From: Octopus vulgaris | Taxonomy: Eukaryota | Length of the DNA: 64,000 nt | NCBI GenBank assembly: GCA_951406725.2 | Contig: OX597815.1 | Coordinates: 188,604,001-188,668,000 of the forward strand | Direction of reading: 5' to 3' | In this document: one piece after another, positions 1-12,770 of the stretch | How the letters are laid out: each line of letters begins with the position of its first letter | Position numbering within the stretch: the first letter of the stretch is position 1 | Notes under the pieces: generated by a model | The model's database searches: none | What the model saw: only the letters and a program-made list of their open reading frames with translations | Told to the model about the DNA's origin: nothing | Made by a program: the position numbers and the translations under genes

Positions 1-1420
1 ATGTTCATCTATTTTGATTTGTTTTGATTTTCACTTGCCTCAACAGGTCTTCACAAGTGTCACAAGAAGGAAGGTATGCACAGGTGGACTGACTACGTCC
101 CAGGTAGGGGCCACAGGTTATGGCCTGACTAGTCTTGCCGGGTCTTCGGATGGTGTTTTTATGTGCCACCGACACAGGTGCCAGATGAGGCTGGCGAACG
201 GCCATGATCGGATGGTGTTTGTTACGTGCCCACAGCACGGAGGCCAGTTGGTGCGGTACTGGCTACGGCCACGTTCGGATGGATTTCTTGTGTGCCACCG
301 GCACTGGTACCACAAAGATACAATTCCATTAATGTTCATCTATTTTGATTTGTTTTGATTTGATTTGATTTGATTTGTTTTGATTTCATTTTGATTTTCA
401 CTTGCCTCAACAGGCCTTCACAAGTATCACAAGGAGGAAGGTATGCACAGGTGGACTGACTACGTCCCAGGTAGGGGCCATGGGATATGGCCTGACTAGT
501 CTTGCCGGGTCTTCGTGTCCCAGGTAGGGGCCATGGGATATGGCCTGACTAGTCTTTCCGGGTCTTCGGATGGTGTTTTTATGTGCCACCGACACAGGTG
601 CTAGATGAAGCTGGCGAACGGCCACGATCGGATGGTGTTTGTTATGTGCCCACAGCACGATGGCCAGTCGATGCGGTACTGACTACGGCCACGTTCGGAT
701 GGATTTCTTGTGTGCCACAGGCACTGGTACCACAAAGATACAAATTCCATTGATGTTCATCTATTTTGATTTGATTTGATTTTGATTTTCACTTGCCTCA
801 ACAGGTCTTCACAAGTGTCACAAGAAGGAAGGTATGCACAGGTGGACTGACTAGTCTTGCCGGGTCTTCGGAAGGTGTTTTTATGTGCCACCGACACAGG
901 TGCCAGATGAGGCTGGCGAACGGCCATGATCGGATGGTGTTTGTTACGTGCCCACAGCACGGAGGCCGGTCGATGCGGAACTGGCTATGGCCACGTTCAG
1001 ATGGTTTTCTTGTGTGCCACCGGCACTGGTACCACAAGATACAGATTCCATTGATGTTCATCTATTTTGATTTGTTTTGATTTGATTTGATTTTCACTTG
1101 CCTCAACAGGTCTTCACAAGTGTCACAAGAAGGAAGGTATGCACAGGTGGACTGACTACGTCCCAGGTAGGGGCCATGGGTTATGGCCTGACTAGTCTTG
1201 CCGGGTCTTCGGATGGTGTTTTTATGTGCCACCGACACAGGTGCTAGATGAGGCTGGCGAACGGCCACGATCGGATGGTGTTTGTCATGTGCCCACAGCG
1301 TCATGTGCCCACAGCACGGAGGCCAGTCGATGTGGTACTGGATGGTTTTCTCTTGTGTGCCACCGGCACTGGTACCACAAAGATACAAATTCCATTGATG
1401 TTCATCTATTTTGATTTGTT
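1..1420 (-). repeat. Tandem array (~4.2 units of ~300-420 bp) derived from an RTE-LINE 3'UTR
   Basis: Units restart at ATGTTCATCTATTTTGATTTG near 1, 332, 754, 1054 and 1398; part of each unit is the reverse complement of 48345-48470 (GAAGACCCGGCAAG...CTTGTGAAGACCTGTTGAGGCAGGTGAAA). Confidence 0.85.
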
Positions 1421-1624
1421 TATGTTTGTGTGTCAGTGTTTGTCCCCTCAACATTGCTCGACAACTGATGCTGGTGCACTCACATCCCCGTACCTTAGCA
1501 GTTCAGCAAAAGAGACCGATAGAATAATTACTAGGCTTATAAGGAATAAGTCCTGGGGTTGATTTGTTCGACTAGAGGCAGTGCTCCAGCATGGCCACAG
1601 TCATATGACTGAAACAAATAAAAG
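1421..1624 (+). mobile_element. SINE family A, 3' half
   Basis: TGTTTGTCCCC...GCTCCAGCATGGCCACAGTCATATGACTGAAAC tail shared with the full copies. Confidence 0.85.
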
Positions 1625-1995
1625 GTGTGGCCATGTGGTAAGCAACTTGCTTCCCAACCACATGGTTCTGGGTTCAGTCCCACTGCATGACACCTTGGGT
1701 AAGTGTCTGCTGCTATAGCTTCAGTCCAACCAAAGCCTTGTAAGTGGATTTGGTAGATAGAAACTGAAAAAATGTGTGTGTGTGTCTGTGTGTGTCTGTG
1801 TTTGTTCCCTCATCACTGCTGGATAACCGGCGTTGGTGTGTTTACATCTCTGTAACTTAGTAGTACAGCAAAAAAGACTGATAGAATAAGTGCTAGGCTC
1901 AAAAAATAAGCCTTGGGGTCAATTTGTTTGACTAAAACCTTTCAGAACAGTGCTCCAGTATGACCGCAGTCAAATGATTGAACCAAGTAAAAGAA
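1625..1995 (+). mobile_element. SINE family A (tRNA-derived), near full length
   Basis: A-box-like TGGCCATGTGGTAAG, B-box-like GGTTCAGTCCC, CCTTGGGTAAGTG core, internal (TG)n, conserved tail. Confidence 0.85.
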
Positions 1996-2569
1996 TTTTA
2001 AAAAAAGAAAGAGAGAAAATTCTCAAATGATCCATGAATTACAAATGGTAATATACATCATTTTTAGGAACTGGATTGAAAACCATCTCTTTGTAAGCAA
2101 TTTAGAAGCCAACCATTTGTAGATCTTACATTTTGCACTAAGTTCTAAAGCAAAATGATACAAGGTGGGAAAATTCACCATCTGCTGCTCTCAGACAGAC
2201 AACTAAAACAGCTTTGCTATTTATAGCAATAGATTTATCAACCGTAACAGACACTTGAGGTTGTTTGGAAAGTACGTTTTTCATCACTGTCTGTCACATT
2301 TGGCTTCACATGTGGTTTACAATCTGTACATAATTATGAGAGTGCAGAATATACTCTAAGTTAAGGTCAATTGTCTCGTGTAATTTAATATCATAAAACA
2401 TATCTGTGTATACTTTACGTTTGTGAGCAAAATTGCAAATAGTTCTAAAAGCCATTCTGTTCTTGTGTCATCGTTTTTCAGTAACATATAGATACAGCAT
2501 TTTTGGTAACTTTTTTTATCAACGATTTCACTGATTTCTTTTGGTACCTGTGATGTACCTGTGATGTAG

Positions 2570-2954
2570 TACTCATTTACTTGTTTCAGTCATTTGACTG
2601 TGGCCATGCTGGAGCACCACCTTTAGTCAAGCAAATAGACCCCAGGACTTATTCTTTGTAAGCCTAGTACTTATTCTATCATTTTAATTTGCTGAACCGC
2701 TAAGTTGCGGGGACGTAAAGACACCAGCATCGGTTGTCAAGCGATGTTGGGGGGTACAAACACAGACATACATATATATATATACATATATACGACGGGC
2801 TTCTTTCAGTTTCCATCTACCAAATCCACTCACAAGGCTTTGGTCGACCTGAGGCTATAGTAGAAGACACTTGCCCAAGGTGCCACGCAGTGGGACTGAA
2901 CCCGGAACCATGTGGTTGTTAAACAGGCTACTTACCACACAGCCACTCCTATGC
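2570..2954 (-). mobile_element. SINE family A
   Basis: Reverse complement of the family A consensus with internal (TA)n. Confidence 0.9.
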
Positions 2955-3333
2955 TTGTTTTTTTTTTTTTGTTGTATTTCAAAACCTTAGTTTCAAAAAT
3001 CATTAATTATTTTGCGTTGCCTCCACTAAGTTTTATGCCTACTCAGCCCCTCTCTCAAAACCAATGAATTCTTTGTTTGTTTGTTTATGTCCAAGATGAC
3101 TACACCTGCTGTATACACCATATTCCAATTCTGTATTTTTAATTCCTACTCAGCCATATTCCTTTTCTTTTTCAGCATAGTTTTGCATTCAAACAGTCTA
3201 AAAGATCGTTTTAAATGCTTTAATCTTTAGTAATTTACTGGTTGGGCATTTTCACTATAGTTTACTTCTCACCAAGCGGTCTTTTAAAATATTTTAAGGG
3301 TGCATCAATCTAAAATGATTAGTTATTTGATAC

Positions 3334-3638
3334 TTGTTTGTTCCTTCTCGATCCATGCCTGGCTTATCAGGGCCAGTTTCCCGGTTTCCTTGGCGTATAG
3401 GTTCTCCACCTAGATGGGACGCCAGTCCGTCGCAGGTGGGCTGCAAGATGCAGGAGGAAAGTGAGAGAAAGTTGCGGTGAAAGAGTCAGCAGAAGTTTGC
3501 TATTACTTTCTGCTAGAGCTGTGTGGAGCTTAGGTGTTTTGCTCATAAACACACACACACATCGCCTGGTCTGAGATTCGAACCTGTGATCCCTCGACCA
3601 CGAGTACGCTGCTCTAACCACAAGGCCATGTGTCTCCA
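3334..3638 (-). mobile_element. SINE family D (tRNA head plus V-domain-like segment)
   Basis: Minus strand reads TGGCCTTGTGGTTAGAGC...GGTTCGAATC, then CCTGCGACGGACTGGCGTCCCATC; homologous to 50915-51211. Confidence 0.7.
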
Positions 3639-3667
3639 AAATCATTTGATACTAATGATATTATATA

Positions 3668-4105
3668 ATCTTTTCTACTCTAGGCACATGGCTCCAAAAT
3701 TTTTTTGTGGGGGGGGACCAGTCAATTAAATCGACCCCAGTATGCAACTGGTACTTAATTTATTGACCTCCGAAAGGATAAAAGGTGAAGTTGACCTCGG
3801 TGGAATTTGAACTCGGAATGTAAAGAAAAACGAAATCCCGCTAAGTATTTCACCAGGCGTGCTAACGTTTCTTATTTCTTTATTGCCCACAAGGGGCTAA
3901 ACATAAAGGGGACAAACAAGGACAGACAAATGGATTAAGTCGATTACATCAATCCCAGTGTGTAACTGGTACTTAATTTAATCGACCCTGAAAGGATGAA
4001 AGGCAAAGTCAACCTTGATGGAATTTGAACTCAGAACATAACAGCAGACGAAATACCGCTCAGCATTTCACCCGACGTTTTAACGTTTCTGTCAGCTCAC
4101 GTCCT
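3668..4105 (-). mobile_element. Two adjacent SINE family B copies with different 3' tails
   Basis: Both carry GAGTTCAAATTCC (B box) and the GACTTTGCCTTTCATCCTTTC..GGTCGAT central domain; junction near 3870. Confidence 0.8.
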
Positions 4106-4850
4106 TAGTGATATTATATAATAAAATCTGTGGAATACTATCTTTTCTACTTGTACTGTTGCTGCATAAAACCACCCACAGTAAAACATTCACCATTCGT
4201 GATTAAATTTAGATTGGAAAAATTATTGACACTGCTTATTTAATTTCTTCTTGTCCATTCTAATTTGGCTCAAATGCTAAATGCAATTTCTAATGGGAGA
4301 GACAACAGAAAAGCATTGAATTGCATATTATCTGACTTAAACCAGGACTACCATAGCACTTTTCTTATTAAAGATCATATATAAACTAGTCTAAATTTGA
4401 AGTCCCGGTAGGTTTCAATTCTCGTGGGTAAAAGCTGTCTTATACCAAACACATTACATGTGTTTTATCAACTATGATATGTACAATGTCATCCTCACAT
4501 GAGAAGACACAACCCAAGTAGGCTTAAATGTATATTGATTATGTGGAATTTATGTTTTGCAAAAGCTATATTGAGAAAAATGGCTATTTAAGCTATCTGA
4601 TGTATAAAGCGTGCATGGCGTAGTTATCCATGTGAATTTAACTCATTTTAAGTGATGTCAATTACAAATCATTGCTGTAATTAAAATGTGTTGCAGAGAT
4701 TTGAGTGGGTTGCAGTGAGAGGAATCTGATGAGCTTTTGATCTTTAAATTTAAACCATTTAAACCATCCATATTTAGCTCAAAGATTCTACCTGCTTTGT
4801 GTTCAAACTGTCAAAATATGGTGTCTTAAACTTTACTGTACAGTATCATT

Positions 4851-4973
4851 AAGCTTACTTACCAGCCACGTGGTTCTGGGTTCAGTCCCACTGCGTGATA
4901 CCTTGGGCAAGTGCCTCGGGCCAACCAAAGCCATGTGAGTAGATTTGGTAGATAGAAACTGAATGAAGCCTGT

Positions 4974-5021
<48 letters not shown>

Positions 5022-5242
5022 AAATGGATCTCATAAAATTCAAAAGTTCACTGGACAAATTTCTTCAAAAAATCCCAGACCAACCTCCTACACCCGGATA
5101 TGTCTCCAACAATAATAACTGTTTACAATAGTGGGCCATGGTGCCCCATATATGACGAAAATATTTCATCAGGTGGTTCTATTAAGTTAGACATGGCCTG
5201 GGCCTATACTGGCCGAAACCTATCAAAGTTATCAAAGTTAAG

Positions 5243-5289
<47 letters not shown>

Positions 5290-5690
5290 CAATTTAGGGT
5301 ATCTAAGAGATACCAATAGCAGTCAAAACTTGACTCTAAAACTACATTAAATGTTCATACAGTAGCAGGAGGGAAGACAAAGAGACAAAATAAACTAGCA
5401 AAAAAAAATTACTGGATAATTTAAAATAATTATTACCTTTGAAGGTTTTTATTCCCATGCTGGCCACCTGATAAGATCGGTATTTAAATAATGATCTTAT
5501 CCTTATTTATATATATATATATATGAATAAATATTTATTCATATATTATTCAAAGTATTCCATGCAAACACGAAGTTTTTACCTTTATAAACAAGGAGTT
5601 ACAACATCTTTACTAGTGAGATTTTTGCTACCCTGGTAACTAATTATTTATTTTTTCCGTGTTAATTGTTAACAAGGTAAAAATACACTC

Positions 5691-5754
<64 letters not shown>

Positions 5755-5950
5755 TGTATGTTTGTCCCCACCATCGCTTGACAGCTGATGCTGGTGTGTT
5801 TACCTTTCCATAACTTAGCAGATTGGCAAATGAGACCAATAGGACAAGTACTAGGCTTACAGAGAATAAGTCCTGGGATTGATTAGTTGACTAAAGGTGG
5901 TACTCCAGCATGGCCGCAGTCAAATGACTGAAAGAAGCAGAAGAATAAAT
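4851..5950 (+). mobile_element. SINE family A split by ~770 bp of (TA)n-flanked inserts
   Basis: 5' half 4851-4976 and 3' half 5753-5950, separated by several unique blocks between (TA)n runs. Confidence 0.75.
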
Positions 5951-6523
5951 GAATAATTAAGTCATTAGTGGATTAATTGAAAACAATGTAAATAAATTTG
6001 ACAGAGCAATCTGAATGCTAAAGGGTCTTTGAATCTCAACAATACTGTAATACACGTGTTCTTACCAAAAAACCTTAAAAGTCTCCATGGATCTCACATT
6101 AATGTATAAATCTAATATTCATCACGTCCTTTTGCTTTTGATGAAAATCTAAGCCAGCAGTTTCCCCTGCATTATCTGTACACAATTTTGTGTGTTCACT
6201 GCTTCGCAATCTGTAATAATATGGATCATAAAAGACTGAGACATGGTTCAATGGCATCGCTGACATGCTATGGGAAAATACAATCTTATGGAAGCAGTGC
6301 ACTGCTTGACGAATTCATACAAAACAGCATCCTTCTCATCGATTTTGCTTTACTCAGTGAACTCACTTATGTTGAATGCACGCATCATATTTTGGCAGAA
6401 TCATTGCCTGGTGAGAGGTTATGGTTTAGGCACTACTGTAATAACATTTTTTAATATTTTATGATTCTTCTGTGCTTCCATACAACCATGTACACGTTCC
6501 TATTACTAATAGTCAATTTTGTA

Positions 6524-6930
6524 TACTCTTTTACTTGTTTCAGTCATTTGACTGTGGCCATACCGGAGTACTGCCTTTTAGTCAAGCATATCGACCCCAG
6601 GACTTATTCTTTGTAAGCATAGTACTTATTCTATCGGCCTCTTTTGCCGAACCGCTAAGTTACGGGGACGTAAACACACCAGCATCGGTTGTCAAGCGAT
6701 GTTGGGGAGACAAACACAGTCACACAAACATATACAAAGACACACACATATATATATACATATATACAACGGGCTTCTTTCAGTTTCCATCTACCAAATC
6801 TACTCACAAGGCTTTGGTCAGCCCAAGGTTATAGCAGAAGACACTTGCCCAAGGTGCCACACAGTGGGACTGAACCCGGAACCATGTGGTTGGTAAGCAA
6901 CCTACTTACCACACAGCCACTCCTACGCCT
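6524..6930 (-). mobile_element. SINE family A, full length
   Basis: Ends in ACAGCCACTCCTACGCC (head); tail at TACTCTTTTACTTGTTTCAGTC. Confidence 0.9.
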
Positions 6931-7320
6931 GTACATGAATATCTTGCATATCAAATTGTGCAGAACATAGGTACATCTCAGAAAATTTGAATATCAGACA
7001 GAAAAAAACTTGATACATGTTATCACTTAAGGCCAGAGATTCAAAATTTTAATTGTATTTGCTTCAGTAAATTAAATCTAATCGATTCACATAATTTTAT
7101 TGATAAACTAACATTTACAGTAATCGTGTAGGGATTGCTAAAATCCAGTATCTCAAAATATTAGAACGTAATATCTGAACATCCATAATATGTCATTACA
7201 ATACAACAAGCTGGTCAGAAGTTGAAAAGTGGGTATAGAATGAATGCTAATGTATGTCTGGAACTTCTTTGGGTTCAATGACTGCCTACTGACTTGTGAA
7301 GCCCGTCATGCACATATATA

Positions 7321-8377
7321 CAGGGTGTGGTGAATATATTGTTGTATAAATTGCACAAAAATGAAAATAACAAAAGGGAATGCATTGTAAATAACAGACA
7401 GAGTCAAGACTATTGAAAAGGTTGCAAGACGCAATGAAAATTTTTGGAGAATAAAAATAAGAAATAAGTGGAAATTTTACCATTGTGTGTGTTACATTAT
7501 GAGGCACAAAAAGAAAATGACTCACCCCAGACACAACAGAAAATAACATTGACATCTCATTTTAACAGATATATTTAATAAAATTACATTAAAGTATCTT
7601 GAAATACTAAAGAGTAAATTTATTCAATAAAATCACCATTGGCTTCAGCCATGGCCTCCAGATGACTTCGAAATCTCCTGCAACTCTTCTGGATGGGTTC
7701 CTTGTTAAGTTGGTCAATGCTGCCATAATCCTTGCCTTCAGTTCATCTTTGGTGCTACAAAGAGTTTTGTTGGTCTCTCACTCAACTGTACCCCATGCAT
7801 AATAATCAAGAGGGTTGCAATCTAGGGAGTTAGGTGGCCGGATTTTAGGGGTGATGTGGTCTCAGAAATTGTCTGACAGCCATGACTGGGTTCTCCTGCT
7901 TGTGTGGTGTAGTGCAGAGTTATGTTGCCAGACTTAGGGTCTTTCAGCAGCAACCCTCTTGACCCAAGGTAGCACTACCTCCTCCAGGCACTTGATGAAG
8001 GCCTCCGTGTTGAGTGTGAGGCTGTGGGAAGATGAATGGAAGCATAACGTTGCTATCACTAGTGATCACTCTAAACACCATGATGTTGGCTGGGTGTTTG
8101 ATTTTTATCACTCTTGGTACATGTCCTCAGATTGCACTGTCCTCAGATTGACACCCAAACACTCTGAAATGTTCATGTTAGAATTTCTGGTATGAATGCC
8201 AAGCAGTATAGAATGTCGTTTGCAAATTCTGACAGAGTGAATTGTATCATGGAGCTGTTTCTCTCATGGATAGTGCCCAACTGACCCTACTATACTGTGT
8301 AGTTGACAAAATCAAAAACAAACAATGCACATGCACAAAACTACAAATATAAGATGCTGACAATTTATCCATCACAC

Positions 8378-8381
<4 letters not shown>
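7321..8381 (-). mobile_element. Decayed Tc1/mariner transposon (maT/DD37D-like)
   Basis: TIRs CAGGGTGTGGTGAATATATTG / CAATTTATCCATCACACCCTG with 5' TA. Minus strand gives VWQHNSALHHTSRRTQSWL and RPPNSLDCNPLDYYAWG, decayed WQQDSAP and WPPNSPDLNPLDY motifs. Confidence 0.75.
7385..7550. repeat. Dispersed repeat nested in the transposon, homologous to the arms of the 53062-53246 hairpin
   Basis: GTGGAAATTTTACC..GTGTGTTACAT..GGCACAAAAAGAAAATGACTC..CCAGACACAA is shared. Confidence 0.65.
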
Positions 8382-8417
<36 letters not shown>

Positions 8418-8419
<2 letters not shown>

Positions 8420-8818
8420 GCTTACCAGCCGCTGGTTTTGGGTTCAGTGCCACTGTGTGGCACCTCAGGCAAGTGTCTTCTACTATAGCCTCGGACCAGC
8501 CAAAGCCTTGTGAATGGATTTGGTAGACGGAAACTGAAAGAAGCCTGTTGTATATACATACATACACACATATATATATATATGCATTTCGTGTCTGTGC
8601 TTGCACCCCCCCTCCATCGCTTGACAACTGATGTCAGTGTGTTTATGTCCCCGCAACTTAGTGGTTCAGCAAAATACACCAATAGAATAAGCACTAGGTT
8701 TGCAAAGAATGAGTCCTGGGGTCGATTTATTTGACTGAAAGGTAGTGCTCCAGCATGGCCGCAGTCAAATGACTGAAACAAATAAAAGAACAAAAGAACA
8801 AAAGAATAAAAGAATATA
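8418..8818 (+). mobile_element. SINE family A, 5'-clipped
   Basis: Consensus match with (AAAAGAAC/T)n tail. Confidence 0.85.
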
Positions 8819-9414
8819 AATTCATCCAGATTATGTGTTTTATTACAAGAACGTAATAAAATATGCACTCTTAATTATAATAAATGAACATGTTAATTTA
8901 TATTGATGATTTTATATTATCAATACGAATTTATAATTAATGCATATTGATATCAACCTGACAAAAATTGGTAATAGTTAATATGCTTATGTTGATAGAT
9001 TTTGAGCATAAAAAATAAAGGAGAAAATAACTTGAAATTTGAGAAGCAGGTTTGTGCTGATCCCTATTTCTGTGTATCCTCCATTCCCATTACTGATTAA
9101 CCCTTTCGTTACCGTATTTCTGTTGAGATGCTCTGTGTGTGCGCGTGTGTACCTACCCTTATCTTGAGATCATATGATGGTTGCATATGAGCATCTGTGT
9201 GGTACAAACAATGTTGTTGTTTTCCATTCTTCCGGAAAACACATGTCCGGCCATGAGGAAATATTAATTTACCTGAAAATAGATGAAGGTTGGTGACAGG
9301 AAGAGCATCTGGGTGTAAAAAATATGCCTCAAGAAAATTCTGCTTAACCTGTACAAACATGGGAAAGTAGACATTAAATGATGATGATGATGATGATGAC
9401 AACATTATTATTAT

Positions 9415-9613
9415 TGGCATGTAAAAAACATCCTGCACCCTCTGTAAAGTGGTTGGCATTAGGAAAGGCATCCAGCTGTGGAAGCCATGTCAAAACAGGC
9501 AATGGAGTTAGGACAGCTTCTGGCTGACCAACTCCTTTCAAACTGTCGAACCCATGCCAGCATGGAAAACAGACGTTAAACAATGATGGTGATGATGGTG
9601 GTGGTGGTGGTGG

Positions 9614-9696
<83 letters not shown>

Positions 9697-9766
9697 TTGA
9701 TGATGACAATGATGATGATGATAATATTGATGATGCTGGTGATGATGATGATGTTGATAGTGACGG

Positions 9767-9797
<31 letters not shown>

Positions 9798-9805
9798 AGT
9801 GATGC

Positions 9806-9837
<32 letters not shown>

Positions 9838-9890
9838 ATGATGTACTTATTATTATTTCTATTATCATTATCATTATTATTATCATCATT
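9415..9890 (+). repeat. RTE-type 3' terminal module followed by an expanded (GAT/GGT/GCT)n microsatellite
   Basis: GTGGTTGGCATTAGGAAAGGCATCCAGCTG...CCATGCCAGCATGGAAAACAGACGTTAAAC then ~300 bp of trinucleotides; same terminus as 48720-48902. Confidence 0.75.
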
Positions 9891-11113
9891 TACAGACCTG
9901 GTGAGTTATATTAATGAAAGGATGGTATAAATAATCTTGGTCGAAAACTTAGAATTAATCTCAGAATAGTTGTATTCAAAAATTTGGTTAGTGTCAAGGA
10001 TAAAAAAAGCCTGTGACATCTGATATCTGATAAAGGATTGCTGTGTAGTAACTATTAAAAGATGTTTGATAGAATTTGTCTAAAGATATCTCAGAAATAA
10101 CAATGTTAACATGGCGAAGCTCAGTTGTAATCTCTGAGGAAAATTGGTCAGAACAAGAGATATCTACGTGTTCACTGCTAAAGAATCATAAATCTATACA
10201 TTTATGAATATGTAATCGTTTCCAAAGGTAGATTCTATGATAAACAGTGGCCATATTTTTGTATTATTGTAACATATTTTTTTCTGAATATTTCATTTCC
10301 CTGATGTTTAGCATCAACTTGCTATAAAAGATATGGTTAAAAGTTTCACTATGTCTATAATGGAAAGCCATCCATATTGGTTTAAGAGCAATTAATATGA
10401 CAAAGTTATTTCAAAGAATCCAAGAAACTTTTTCTGCATGACAACAAGATAATTGGTAGTTATCCCCGTCAAGGTAGAAACGCAATAAAATTTCTTCGGG
10501 TTGTTGGAGAAGTATAAGTTTCTTTTGATGAATAAAAATCAATCTTGTTTAGTTTTGTCCATTATGATATTCGGATACTATATTTGGAATGGGAAAATAT
10601 TGACGAAAACTTCACCTGCAAGGCATAAAAGAGAGATAATGAAGGAAACGGTATGGTTTGTTTTTGATTAGGTGAATCAGACAATAAAATTAGCTGACAA
10701 ATAAAGTTGTTCACTTTTTGGCAGGATTTATTATGACACCCGGTCATAATGTGTGCTGCCAAAGCCACGTCTGTGGCTTACGGTCAATTTCTTCTAGATG
10801 TAACTGTATCAATTATTCTGATATTAGCTCTTAGAGGCTTAAATATCATAACTCCCTACTCCAAATGACGGTAAAGTTCATAACCTATTTATCATGCTAA
10901 CCCAACAAATTAGCATATCACACTTGTGTAACTGATATAAATATATAAATAAACACACATTTTTATTATTATTTTGCAATTTACTTAATCATCGGTATAT
11001 TTTTGTTATTTATTTTAATATTTCTATTATATGTAATTTTGTAGATGGTGTAATTTAATTGTTCATTTTGAATTGATAAAAGGTGGTTTTTTTCTAATTT
11101 TTATATATATATA

Positions 11114-11626
11114 CTAGCAGTATCGCCCGGCGTTGCTCGGGTTTGTAAGGGAAATAACTATATAAGCATTTTTAGAGAGTTACTTCCCTTATAGATGCCA
11201 ATTCGGGCTTTCTTAGCCATTTCTGTTTTGGTGTCTTCATGCCATGAAGTCGTTGTTCTAAAAGAACGCTGGTCTCCTTGACAACGCTTTACGACGTTGA
11301 TTTCCTTACACTCCCTTCCCCACAGCTTCATGAGGGAGGGAAGAAGGGGAAGAAGCAAACAGGTGCAGGTGTGATCATGGACGCCAACTCCGCCGCCATC
11401 GACACACGAAAAATTATGCATTAAAATGGAATAAAAAATGATGTTAAATTATTTTTAAAATCGTAGACTCATCGTAGACGTGCGCTAATACTCAGACGGG
11501 CTCGATATGAATCACGACTATAAGATACCCGAATTTGGTTAAACTGCACCGCAAAATGTGGGAGTAGTTAGGAATCTAAATCGAAGGGGACAGACACTCA
11601 CACAACTACAGTTTTATATATATAGA
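11114..11626 (-). mobile_element. Non-autonomous Helitron
   Basis: Minus strand starts TCTATATATATAAAA and ends with hairpin CCCGAGCAACGCCGGG plus CTAG, inserted between A and T. Confidence 0.85.
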
Positions 11627-11730
11627 TATATTATATTTTGTGAAAGTTGATTTAGTATTTCTAAATTGAATTTTTCCCTGTAAGTTAGGAAAAATATTCC
11701 CTCAAATAATTATTATTATATATATACAGA

Positions 11731-11940
11731 ATAAAAAGTTTTGTTTGGTACAACAGTGCACTATAATACAAGCAATGGGCTATATACCTGTTGTAATTTA
11801 GTTATCCATAATCTAATAATATTTCAGAATAAAATTCCTTCTTCAGATATCATATCAGACTATGGATGACTAAATTACAACAGGTATATAGCCTATTGTC
11901 TGTATTATAGTGCATTGTTGTACCATTCAAAACTTTTTAT
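11731..11940. repeat. Fold-back element with ~88-bp arms and an HHR-like motif in the loop
   Basis: Arms 11731-11818 and 11853-11940; loop on the minus strand reads CTGAAGA-A-GGAAT-TTT-ATTCT-GAAATATT. Confidence 0.7.
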
Positions 11941-12217
11941 CCGTTACAAACAATACACAATGCTTCAAGCAAACTACAATACTCTACTATATATATACAT
12001 ATATTCACAAGAGTTAAAGAATGGAATAGATAAGATCCAGGCTACATTTGTTCCATAGCGGAACTTCGGAAGTGGTAAATATCCAGCTATAGAAACCATG
12101 TCAAATCAGACTGGAGTCTGGTGCAGCCTTCCAGCCTTCCAGCCTGCCTCAAACCGTCCAACCCATGCCAGATGGGCAATGAACATTAAATGATGATGAT
12201 GATGATGATATACATAC

Positions 12218-12262
<45 letters not shown>

Positions 12263-12295
12263 TGAGAAAGTTGGTTTGTGAAAGCACGTGGTTGA

Positions 12296-12519
12296 ATATA
12301 TAGAAAACAGTAAAAAGTGAAAAAACTACAGAAGGCTTGTTTTAAAAGGTTAAAAAATATATATTTGAGTCAAGAATGTTATCAATTTTTTTCTTACAAT
12401 GACATAATGTAGAAGAAATGACCGGTTTCGCGTTCAGCTTTTCCAGACATATTGACTCAAATATATATTTTTTAACCTTTTAAAACAAGCCTTCTGTAGT
12501 TTTTTCACCTTTTACTATT

Positions 12520-12529
<10 letters not shown>
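12296..12529. repeat. (TA)n-flanked fold-back element, ~78-bp arms
   Basis: Arms 12296-12373 and 12452-12529; minus-strand loop contains GCGAAACCGGTC. Confidence 0.75.
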
Positions 12530-12563
<34 letters not shown>

Positions 12564-12686
12564 GTAAGATCCAAGGCTCAAGGTGTAGGCAGAAAGTTAG
12601 CTTCAAAGCAATCCATAGTGAATATACAAAAAGCAGCATGTGCCTCCTTGCGACAATGTAAACTTTCATTTAATCAAGGTACCCTT

Positions 12687-12770
12687 GGCCTGACGAGTAG
12701 CCTACAGTATACACCTTGCTTGGATATTTACCACATTTGAGGTTCCACTCGCTATGAAACATATGTACCC
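12687..12770 (+). ncRNA. Type-I hammerhead ribozyme-like motif in a Penelope-like repeat
   Basis: GGC-CTGACGA-GTAGC...GCTAT-GAAAC-ATAT-GTA-CCC; the inverted partial copy at 12000-12086 has GTA-GCC, which would restore stem I. Confidence 0.6.

Noticed and set aside
1-1420. CRISPR-like or coding repeat interpretation of the array
   Set aside because: No unique spacers, eukaryotic context, and homology to a LINE 3'UTR.
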